A DNA stretch of 64,000 bases from Eledone cirrhosa (taxonomy: Eukaryota): contig OZ024741.1 in assembly GCA_964016885.1 (NCBI GenBank), positions 264,306,001 through 264,370,000 of the forward strand, read 5' to 3'. Below the pieces are notes generated by a model that was not told where the DNA came from, did no database searches, and saw only the letters and a list, made by a program, of their open reading frames with translations. Positions within the stretch are counted from its first letter, which is position 1, and the number at the start of each line of letters is the position of its first letter. Shown here one piece after another: positions 53,173 through 64,000 of this stretch. The translations under genes and the position numbers were made by a program.

Positions 53173-54864
53173 TTGGTTATACTATTTATGGTTATGTAAA
53201 TATAAAACCTTAAGCAGTTGTAAGTATTTTACACACACCCTAAATAGTGGTAGGCAGTATTGTATTACTACCTTATTACCAGTAAGTTAAGTAGCTCAAT
53301 GTAAAAACATCAGATGATTTACTGAGCAGTTATATGAAATATAAGAATCAAAGAACTGTTCAAAACATTATTGTGCTTACAGCTGTTTCCTCCAAACCGA
53401 GGTTTGGATTCTTCGGAGCAATTTATTAATGCATGGACAGTTATATGACCTCCTTTTCAGCCGAGAGACATACCAATACATATTCAAACATTGATACATA
53501 TTCAAACATTGTGGGTCAACATTCATTACAGAATTTAGAGTGGCAGTACACACTTCGAGATTACATTTATATTAATAGGTACAATCACAAATCAAAGATA
53601 TAGGTTAAAATACAACATGAAGATAAGCGGTTATATAGTGCAAATGTTATATGTGTGGCACGCATGTGCGTCTTGTTTATATAGTGTGGCAGAGAGATAT
53701 GTGTGGTAGAGGCACTTAGGTAGGTAAATAAGAGTGTTAGGTTGGTAGATCTGGTGGCAAATTCTTTATATGATTGATATAGTCTGTATGTGGAGAAATA
53801 TTATAAGCATTAAAGATAGTGCAAGCATTAAAAGTGTTATAAGTAATGGAGATGCACAGCACAGGGATGTCAAGTATTTCATGTACTTCGGCATTTTCAT
53901 GGTCAGGGGAGTATATTTTTCGATTATATGCCCTTCACATAATCCACGACAATCCAGTTAGAGATCGTAGTCTGGTGTTCTTTAGTTCGATACAGGAGGT
54001 TGTTACGTTTCTAGAAACGCCATTGAATACCGCCCGGAAGTGTGTGTGTGGCTAAGGGGAGTTAATGCATGCGGGGAGGTAACTCTGGGGTTTCTGTATC
54101 TAGCCATTAAAATGTGTCCCAATATAGACCCTAAATTCTATGGTGATGCGCATCTTCCAAGAGAGATTTTTAAAGCATAAAGTGTATTAACTATAGAGTA
54201 GTTTAATTAAGTTATGCTGAAGGTGATCATATTATTATGGTGGATTAACCCATCTTAAGGTGCCACAAATGGAAATTATAGATGATGAGCGAGGATTCTA
54301 AATTAATGATCTCTGTGGTTGTAGTCTGCTCATATGACCAGGTGCGGTGATTGCAGGCTTGCTTCAGGACCCAATGATCTCTGGTAAGATCTGGGTCATC
54401 GCTTGCTACATTTGATGTCGAAAGATAATTATCCCCAGGCCGGCCAAAGGTCAATCCGCAGTCCTCGCGACCCCTCTCTGACCGTCAGATCATCCATATA
54501 CGTACAACCCGCACGGCAGTTGGAATGCATTCACCCACTGCGCTCAGCAGTCCGGTCCTACTGGTCAACAGCGCTACTCGATTAAATCATTTTACATCCA
54601 TCTAAGGAAGGTGTTTCCTCTGCACAACACTATCCAACCGATCAATTCATGCTCAAATTACCCTTAGAGCGGTGTAGTGCCGTTCAAGTGGGTGGATGTT
54701 GTCACACCTGCCGTAGAGGTATAAATGGGTATTCTCCCTGCGAAGGGTTCCAGAGAGATGTCATTGTTTGTGTTATAATGGATCAGTTAGTGTTGGGTAT
54801 GTAGTATAAGGTGTGTCTCTGGTGTTTGATGCTAGATGTGGTGTTAGGTTCCAGTCCGACATTG

Positions 54865-57326
54865 CTATATATTGGGCTTAAAGTTTTGGAAGGAATGTCT
54901 GAGGCGGTGCTGGCAAGTTGCAAACACCTCAGATTTTTTGTTAAGTAGGTTACGGTTGGAGAAGATAATATTGTGTGTCTCTAGTATACAGAGGTTACAG
55001 AATTTATTAGGTGGTTTGTACGAGGTCGCGCTTCCTATCACTTCCCATTTGAGTGTGTATGGTTTATTTTTAGATTTTAGATAGTGTATGTAGCTAGAAA
55101 GTGAGGTGGAGTTGGCTAGGCTGTGCTTTTTGAACGAGTGGATGTGCGAATTATATCTGATTTTGAAGCAGTTAGAAGTGGAGGCTACATAGGTTTCTGA
55201 AGAGTTATTAGTCGTGACGGTGCATGAGTATATGACATCCTTGGTTAGGCATTTTTTATCTAAAGGGCAGGTTCTATTAGCTCTACAGTTACAATTATCC
55301 TGTGCGTTAGTCCGCTGGTTATAATGCAATGCGGAAGTCCGTGTGGTAGATATAGGATTTTGGGTGTTCGGGTTGACAACCCTGGTGTTATTACTTATAC
55401 TAATGTTATTTCTATTGTTACTGCCGTTGCTATGGTTGCTTGCTACAGTGGTATTTAGAGGGTTTGCATCCCGTTGTGATTTTGTTTGTTGGAAGTAAGA
55501 ACTAATTTTACTATTATTGCTGCTAGCTATGTGGTATGCTAAGTTAGGCGTCGTAGAGTATGAGATTTTAATGGTGTTTTTGTTTAAGAGGTTGTGGTAC
55601 TTATGTCCTAGAGGGAAGTTTTTATCTAGTAGTGAGAAGAAAGCCCTAGGTATGTTGGTGGAGACATTTAGGTTGAAAGGAGGGTTGAAAAATGTATTAT
55701 TTCTTCTTCTATTTTTGCTTTTAGTGTTTGGTGTGTTGCTTCCTCCTAAGGCCCCACAGTAGTTTCCATGGTAATGGTTACTTCCGGTGGCACCCTCGGC
55801 TTTGGTGTACTTATGGTTGCTATTCCTATTATTAGATTTCCTCATGGACATGTTGTGCGAGATGATGTTGTAGCTATGTATTTTCTTAGGTAGGAACTCA
55901 ATTTCTATATTATGGCCGGAGCTAGCTAATGCTTGATTGTAATATTGTGAGTTTTTGCTAAATATGTTTGCGTCATAGGACAGACTAGAGATTCTATTGG
56001 ACACCCCCTTAGAGATAGAGTTTAATATTGATCTAGGGTGATTAGACTTGGTATCAACGTAAATAAGTTTCTCATTAGGCTTGTGGAAAGGTGTATATAT
56101 TTTTGAGTCTAGGTATAGTGTGGCGTCTAGGAAGTTAACATTTTTAGTGTTTTTGTCCATGGTGATACTAAGGTTAAAGTTTTTGAATGTCTTATGCAGT
56201 TGTTTTCTAGTTCTTTCTATATTAAATTTTTTATATTCTATAAGTAGAAGTGCATCATCGCGGTACAAACCACCGTTGAGGTAAGGGAGGTCCTTATGGA
56301 TTTCGTTGAGGAGGTATAGGCCGACCAAATCTGTGACCTGCGCCGAGTCACTAGATCCCATGGTTATGTCGAAGTTGTTGTGCGTATCCTTGCGTGTCCA
56401 TAGTTGGTCCTCAAAGGTGATTATGGTTTTACGGGCCGCAAGGATGACATCAACCTGGGCTCTAGTCAGGTCGCTATTGGTCATGGCCATGATCAGTGCC
56501 TTATTTAATAGGATAGGGGAAATAGAGGTGTAGTACGAATTGATATCAAATTGAATACATTTTTTGTTCTTATTATTCTTGATATCCTTGAACCATTCAA
56601 TTACTTCACCCGTATTTCCCCATTGTTTAAGGTGTATCTTGTGTTTAATTTGTGGGATGATTTTATCCAAAATCTTCTTGCTGATAATACCAATGTCGGA
56701 CTTGGAAGGGCAGATAAGTCTTATCGTGGGGTTGCTGATGAAGTTCTCCTTATGGTCCTTCAGAGAGAATCTAGGGGTGTTCGGAGTGAAAGGTTGTGTA
56801 TGCCTCTGTAGTCCTAGTTTAGACACTATATTATAGCCCTCTACATTAATATCTTCTAAGTTTTTCAAGGTGTTTTTTTTTTGTAGCTTTTGTGTAGTTC
56901 ATTATATATAAACTTTCTATAGGTATTATAATCTAGGCTGTATATGTTATTAGTTTTATCTGCGTGTACAATAATTTTATTACTAGTTTTGAATCCATTA
57001 ATAGAAGTGTTAAGTTTGTTTAAGAAGGTGTTGCTTTTAATATGGTGCTTATTGTATTTAATGTTCTTAACTAGTTTAACTAGGTCATTTTCAAAGGGGT
57101 TAAGTAGAGTGTTATGAGGGGGGCTTTTAAAGGTTTTAAAGCCGAAGGAGTCAAAATTGTTAGTATTATTCAAGTTGTTAGATTTGTTTCTATCATAATG
57201 GAATGTCCTCCATCTCACTCTATTGATAAATGAATTTACACTGTTGATCAGCAATTTCTCATATGTATTCCTGGATGGTATTGGTATGTTCTTGGTTGAC
57301 ATGGGGAGTTGGTCTTTGATTAGCAT
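54865..57326 (-). CDS. PLE polyprotein of about 820 aa (N-terminal domain, RT, CxC linker, GIY-YIG), one frameshift in an A10 run
   Basis: ORFs 56865-57326 (KNIPIP, RVRWR, ADKT) and 54865-56868 (LKDHK, YRDD, FNPPF, CNCR..CPL..C, VIY..YVA, CNLC, CQH) overlap at T10 56873-56882. Confidence 0.88.
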
Positions 57327-58406
57327 ATTGGCAATATTATATGTCAGCTCAACGATATGGAGCAGTTAATAGTATTAGTTATACTATTTATGGTTATGTA
57401 AATACAAAACCTTAAGCAGTTGTAAGTATTTTACACACACCCTAAATAGTGGTAGGCAGTATTGTATTACTACCTTATTACCAGTAAGTTAAGTAGCTCA
57501 ATGTAAAAACATCAGATGATTTACAGAGCAGTTATATGAAATATAAGAATCAAAGAACTGTTCAAAACATTATTGTGCTTACAGCTGTTTCCTCCAAACC
57601 GAGGTTTGGATTCTTCGGAGCAATTTATTAATGCATGGACAGTTATATGACCTCCTTTTCAGCCGAGAGACATACCAATACATATTCAAACATTGATACA
57701 TATTCAAATGGGACACATTTTAATGGCTAGATACAGAAACCCCAGAGTTACCTCCCCGCATGCATTAACTCCCCTTAGCCACACACACACTTCCGGGCGG
57801 TATTCAATGGCGTTTCTAGAAACGTAACAACCTCCTGTATCGAACTAAAGAACACCAGACTACGATCTCTAACTGGATTGTCGTGGATTATGTGAAGGGC
57901 ATATAATCGAAAAATATACTCCCCTGACCATGAAAATGCCGAAGTACATGAAATACTTGACATCCCTGTGCTGTGCATCTCCATTACTTATAACACTTTT
58001 AATGCTTGCACTATCTTTAATGCTTATAATATTTCTCCACATACAGACTATATCAATCATATAAAGAATTTGCCACCAGATCTACCAACCTAACACTCTT
58101 ATTTACCTACCTAAGTGCCTCTACCACACATATCTCTCTGCCACACTATATAAACAAGACGCACATGCGTGCCACACATATAACATTTGCACTATATAAC
58201 CGCTTATCTTCATGTTGTATTTTAACCTATATCTTTGATTTGTGATTGTACCTATTAATATAAATGTAATCTCGAAGTGTGTACTGCCACTCTAAATTCT
58301 GTAATGAATGTTGACCCACAATGTTTGAATATGTATCAATGTTTGAATATGTATTGGTATGTCTCTCGGCTGAAAAGGAGGTCATATAACTGTCCATGCA
58401 TTAATA

Positions 58407-58460
58407 AATTGCTCCGAAGAATCCAAACCTCGGTTTGGAGGAAACAGCTGTAAGCACAAT
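58407..58460 (+). ncRNA. Type I hammerhead with CCGAAGA core (three copies in this PLE)
   Basis: TGCT-CCGAAGA-a-TCCAAAC-ctcg-GTTTGGA-g-GAAA-CAGCTG-TA-AGCA; element-sense (minus-strand) copies at 53370-53423 and 57572-57625. Confidence 0.7.
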
Positions 58461-58538
58461 AATGTTTTGAACAGTTCTTTGATTCTTATATTTCATATAT
58501 ATATATATAAATTTTAGTACAGCATTATATATATATAT

Positions 58539-59258
58539 AAACAAGGTTTAGTAAATAATGAAAAAGTTTCAAAATAAATTTTAAAAAATTGACTTTACCT
58601 ACTATAGTTACCTTTACCGATCGGTTTCGAATCCCAAAAATAAAACGGAGGCCATACGGCCTTCGTTGCAAAGAAAGATTCTCGTCAGAAGGTTCCTTTC
58701 ATTCGAAGAATATAAAATTCCTGAATTTAAATCACAAACTAGCGCTATCAAATCTGTTCCTGGGATGAGAGTGGATGATGTAGAACAGGTTTATCAAGGG
58801 CCGTAGCAAAGATAGAGGCAAAAGGAGGTAGGTCAAACTAGCCACAGCTGTTGCTAGCAGCAGTCGGAATGACCCAGTTTGTTCTCAACGTTAGTGGAGG
58901 TAGTAGTAATATGAAATACGTTCCTTCACGCACAAGGCGCCAAGGTACGCATGTATTGTCCAACCAAATGCCAATGTGGTTCAATGGCGGGTTAATAAAT
59001 TAACGAGCCAGAACAAATATAAACAAGGTTTAGTAAATAATGAAAAAGTTTCAAAATAAATTTTAAAAAATTGACTTTACCTACTATAGTTACCTTTACC
59101 GATCGGTTTCGAATCCCAAAAATAAAACGGAGACCATACCGCCTTCGTTGCAAAGAAAGATTCTCGTCCTCCACTAATTTATTAACCCGCCATTGTACCA
59201 CATTGGCATTTGGTTGGACAATACATGCGTACCTTGGCGCCTTGTGCGTGAAGGAACG

Positions 59259-59268
<10 letters not shown>
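58539..59268 (-). mobile_element. Non-coding hammerhead unit, terminally redundant (period 482 bp) plus short inversion, family B
   Basis: AAACAAGGTTTAGTAAATAATG at 58539 and 59021; 59175-59266 is the inverse of 58911-59002. Confidence 0.75.
58610..58693 (-). ncRNA. Type I hammerhead with extended stem II
   Basis: ACCTT-CTGACGA-GAATC-(insert with AGGCC-gtat-GGCCT hairpin)-GATTC-GAAA-CCGATCGG-TA-AAGGT. Confidence 0.82.
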
Positions 59269-59289
<21 letters not shown>

Positions 59290-59607
59290 AATCTGTTACA
59301 GTCACTCCTCTCTTTATATACTCACACATACAATCTCTCTTTCTCGCTCTAGCAATTTTATAAAATAAAAAAGAACAACAACACACACGCACACACACAC
59401 ACATCAGCGTGTTGAAAAAAATCCAAATCGCTTCATCTTTCTCTTTCACTCTCTCTCTCTCTAGTATAGATATCCGGAAGTATTGAAATTTGAATCTTTT
59501 TAAAAGTAAATCTTGAATAATATTTTTAATATATGTTTAAACTTTTAATATATGTTTAATCATGTGTTACGAATTTTAGTAGATAAATTATGTAATATTC
59601 ATTCATT

Positions 59608-59761
59608 ATGCTTTGCAACACAGAGTTACGCCCCTTTATGATCTGAGTTCAAATCCCACCAAGGTTAACTTTGCCTTTCATCCTTACGGGATCGATAAAA
59701 TAAAGTACCAGTAATGCACTGGGTATTTGCTGGCCTTGTGCCAAAAGTAGAAACAATTATT
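59608..59761 (+). mobile_element. 5'-truncated SINE
   Basis: B box, core and GCCTTGTGCCAAAAGTAGAAACAATTAT tail. Confidence 0.85.
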
Positions 59762-59874
59762 TATTCAAAGTAATGTAACTTATTTTACAAACGGGATAAA
59801 AAATTATATTCTGGATGCAGTCCCGCGCTCGTTGCTTTATTATAGTTTCGATTATATTAATAAGAATAATAATA

Positions 59875-60007
59875 GTGCAGTGGATTGGCAGTATCGGTAG
59901 AGGGACGGACGCCATGCTTTGACGTATGGAGTTACGGCCCTTGCCATTCTGAGTTCAAATCCCGCCAAAGTTAACTTTGCCTTTCATCCTTACGGGGTCG
60001 ATAAAAC
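59875..60007 (+). mobile_element. 3'-truncated SINE
   Basis: A box TGGCAGTATCGG, B box GAGTTCAAATCCC, and core up to GTCGATAAAA. Confidence 0.85.
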
Positions 60008-60699
60008 TTACTGTATAATCAGGTGTCATTTATCCATATAAGGGCAAACATTGTTTATTCAATTAATAGGTATTTACCAGGAAAGTAGCTCGTTTGTTGA
60101 GGGTCTGGCTGCGTGTGGTTGTGTGTATAGATATCTATATGTTTACAATTGGATAAACAATGTCTGCCCTTCTTTGGACATATGATGACATCTGATTGGA
60201 TAGCTAGTTAACCACCAAGGCCTTTGCCATTCAATCTAGAGCTTGCTGTTGAAACGACAAGAGCTCAGACAGGGATCTTGACTTATTCATATGAGCTTAA
60301 TCTACTATCCCAAGTAGTGAGTACTCTGGTTAATAGCCAGTTTCTAACTGAATTCATCCTGATTTATATATAATTATTTTCTCTCCCACGCTTGGCCAGG
60401 CCGGTTCCACTTTTTTCTCTCTCTCGTCTACGATTTCACAGAATTTATGTTAACCGAATTCACGGACTAGACTCCTCTCCCCTGCCGTTAGACTTGTGCG
60501 GAATCCCTTCCTTGCTTACATTTCAACCAGGTTTGATGGTCTTTATTCTCTCTCGTTCACGATTTCACCGAACTTATATTCATGGAAATTTGGGACTTAA
60601 TCCGTTCTTCCTCACTTTTCGTTGCTTCGCCATCTTTGTTTGTTTACAGTCTCGCTGTTCCCTTTATTTACGTGTCCCAACGACTTTCTTTAGCCGTTG

Positions 60700-60763
60700 T
60701 ATTACTGATACTTTATTTTATCGACCCCGTAAGGATAAAAGGCAAAGTTAACCTCGGCGGGAT
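60700..60763 (-). mobile_element. SINE core fragment
   Basis: Reverse complement ATCCCGCCGAGGTTAACTTTGCCTTTTATCCTTACGGGGTCGATAAAATAAAGTATCAGTAATA. Confidence 0.8.
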
Positions 60764-62073
60764 TAATAATACTTAAACTTAAACTTAAACACTTAAAATT
60801 AAAAAAAAATAAGCATAAGTTTCATTGTAATGTAATGTTTGAAAGTCTGACCTAGTTTTTTTGTTTGTTTGTTTGTTTTTCTTTTTTCTTTTCTTTACGT
60901 TTTTCGTTGCTGCTGTGCTGTTTTGATTTAGATTTTTGTATTTATATCTTTTGATACTTCTTCACTTAGTGGGAATACTACGATATACGTCTTAGCAGGA
61001 GATAGTGGAGAGAATAGCAGCGGTAGCGATAATGAGGCAGTGGTGGTGGTGGTGGTGGTGATGACGTGTTAGTAGTACTTAGCAGGAGGTAGTGGGAGAG
61101 AGTAGCGGCGGTAGCGATAAGTTTTTACCTATTTATTTGTTTATTTATTTATGTTCGTCTTCAGTAAAGGATCTAAACGGGGGTATATGCCCCCCCCCCC
61201 CGGGGGGGGGCGTTATGCAGTAAGGGACGTTTGAAACTTTGAGGGCGCTAGAAGCCCCTTTAGTTTGATAAGTTTTATAAGTCATATTTGTACGTCTCTT
61301 AGACAGTCAGTGATCTGAATGAAGAAAATAAATTAAAGAAGCTTGTCAACGAAAAGAAAATCAAAAGAAATCAGAGAGAATGAATGTAAGGACTACTTCA
61401 ACAGAAATGACAAGAAGAAGCAATGGTGGTGAATATACACACACATACATACATACGTACACACACATATATATACATAAACATACACACACAGGCCGGC
61501 GTTAGCGTTTGATGAAGTTGAGAACTTGGTCAGCTTTCAGCCAGAAGTGTGGTATTTAAACTCCCTAGGTAATAAAATCTGGCGACAAAAATGTTCTCCT
61601 TACCAAAAAGAGAAGACATAGATCATATCAACATCCTTACATACTTAAATATAAATGCATGTATATATACAAATGTATAAAGGCATAGCTATATACATAC
61701 GTAAATGTATGTATATATGTATGAATGTATGTAGAGCGAAGAAATACCGATGATGGTTGGAAGATCACTGATGAAGGACCACTTTATTCATATGTAACCC
61801 ATTTGCAACTCCGCAGCACGTTTATTCTCATATATATATATATATAATATTTAATACAATAACAGAGATAGCTTAACGCTAAACCCCGACTGGCAACCAT
61901 CTCACTCAACAAACATTAGGTTATATGTTAGTATAACCCAATTTATGTGTTTGGGGTGCTAACTATATGTATTTTGTGGAAAGCCAGTTGTATCATTTTA
62001 TGAAATATAATTAAAGTTAAAATATATATATATATATTTATATCTACATTCATATATATATATATAAATATAC

Positions 62074-62104
<31 letters not shown>

Positions 62105-62118
62105 AGTATACATACATA

Positions 62119-63174
<1,056 letters not shown>

Positions 63175-63373
63175 AATATATATATATATATATACAAATG
63201 TATAAATGCATAGCTATATACATACGTAAATGTATGTATGTATATATGTATGTATGTAATGTAGATTTATATATATATGTATGTATGTACGTTATTCCGG
63301 GTTGAATCGGAGGTAACCACAGTAAGTAAGGTACTCAATACATTGCAGAGTATAAAAGTTTTAATATAGATGA

Positions 63374-63422
63374 GATTCTACAGGACTAGAACTGTTTCAT
63401 TCTTTAGAAATCATCAGGAATC
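63374..63422 (-). ncRNA. Type I hammerhead (canonical core)
   Basis: GATTC-CTGATGA-tTTCT-aa-AGAAt-GAAA-CAG-ttctagtc-CTG-TA-GAATC. Confidence 0.8.
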
Positions 63423-64000
63423 TGGTTATCAAAAAATAAGTATGGTATTTATGGTCTCTACAAGTGGTAGGAGAGGGTGGGGAGTGGGATGGGTGTAGGA
63501 CATTGGTTGATAGAAAAGGGAATTCATTAAAAGCTAATTCTACAAAGCTATAGTTTATTTTTAGTTTTAGAGTAACAAAGGCAGAAAGAATTCTATAAAC
63601 AGGTTCAGGATGGGGTGCCACTCCTTATTATTAAGTTTCTCTTAAGCTAACAGGTGTCTATAAGATCATTGGGGGTCAGTCGTGGTAGATAGATTTAAAG
63701 AAAAGGGAGATTCTTTAAAAGCTAAATTCTTTAAGGTTCTACTAAGTGACAGGTTTAGAGAATTCTGTAGACAAATTCAAAATATTGAGTGCATATCATA
63801 CAATTATCTTCAAATTTCTCTTAAACTATTCAACTATATGCCAAAAATCAAGAGACACATTCACAAACACACTCACTCACACACTCGCGTGCACCCATAA
63901 ACACACACACATACACATATATATACACACATATATATATATACATATTATATTTAATTAAGAATGTAGGATTCACATGCAGCAGCTGTGCTGAAACAGC

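Larger units (their letters stand above)
53168..58499 (-). mobile_element. Near-intact Hydra-like PLE with pseudo-LTR and 5' inversion
   Basis: Direct repeat 53168-53506 / 57370-57708 (period 4202 bp); 57709-58499 is the inverse of 53331-54121; (TA)n at both ends. Confidence 0.95.

Overview
AT-rich, microsatellite-dense animal genomic DNA made almost entirely of transposable elements; the SINE family and repeat landscape suggest a cephalopod such as octopus (inference only). No host gene can be called with confidence; there is one weak exon candidate near 30.2 kb. Contents: at least seven Penelope-like element (PLE) coding copies, five of them with a CxC-x5-C-x5-C linker (Hydra-clade-like) and one nearly intact at 53168-58499; a degenerate full-length Tx1-type L1 LINE in an (ATT)n tract; several tRNA-derived SINEs; hAT, mariner, pogo/Tc2, Helitron and CRE-like fragments; a 2.5-kb 42-bp satellite; and many fold-back palindromes flanked by (TA)n. 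Highlights: (1) about 15 minimal type I hammerhead ribozyme motifs, including compensatory U3-A8 and C4 core variants; (2) several non-coding 430-530-bp units present as terminally redundant 1.x-mers at (TA)n tracts, three carrying a hammerhead, which look like retrozyme-like, possibly circular RNAs mobilised by the neighbouring PLEs; (3) an inverted U2 snRNA/Tx1 chimeric retrocopy whose target site was hit again by a SINE that shares the Tx1 3' tail. All motif calls were made by eye; no searches or folding were run.
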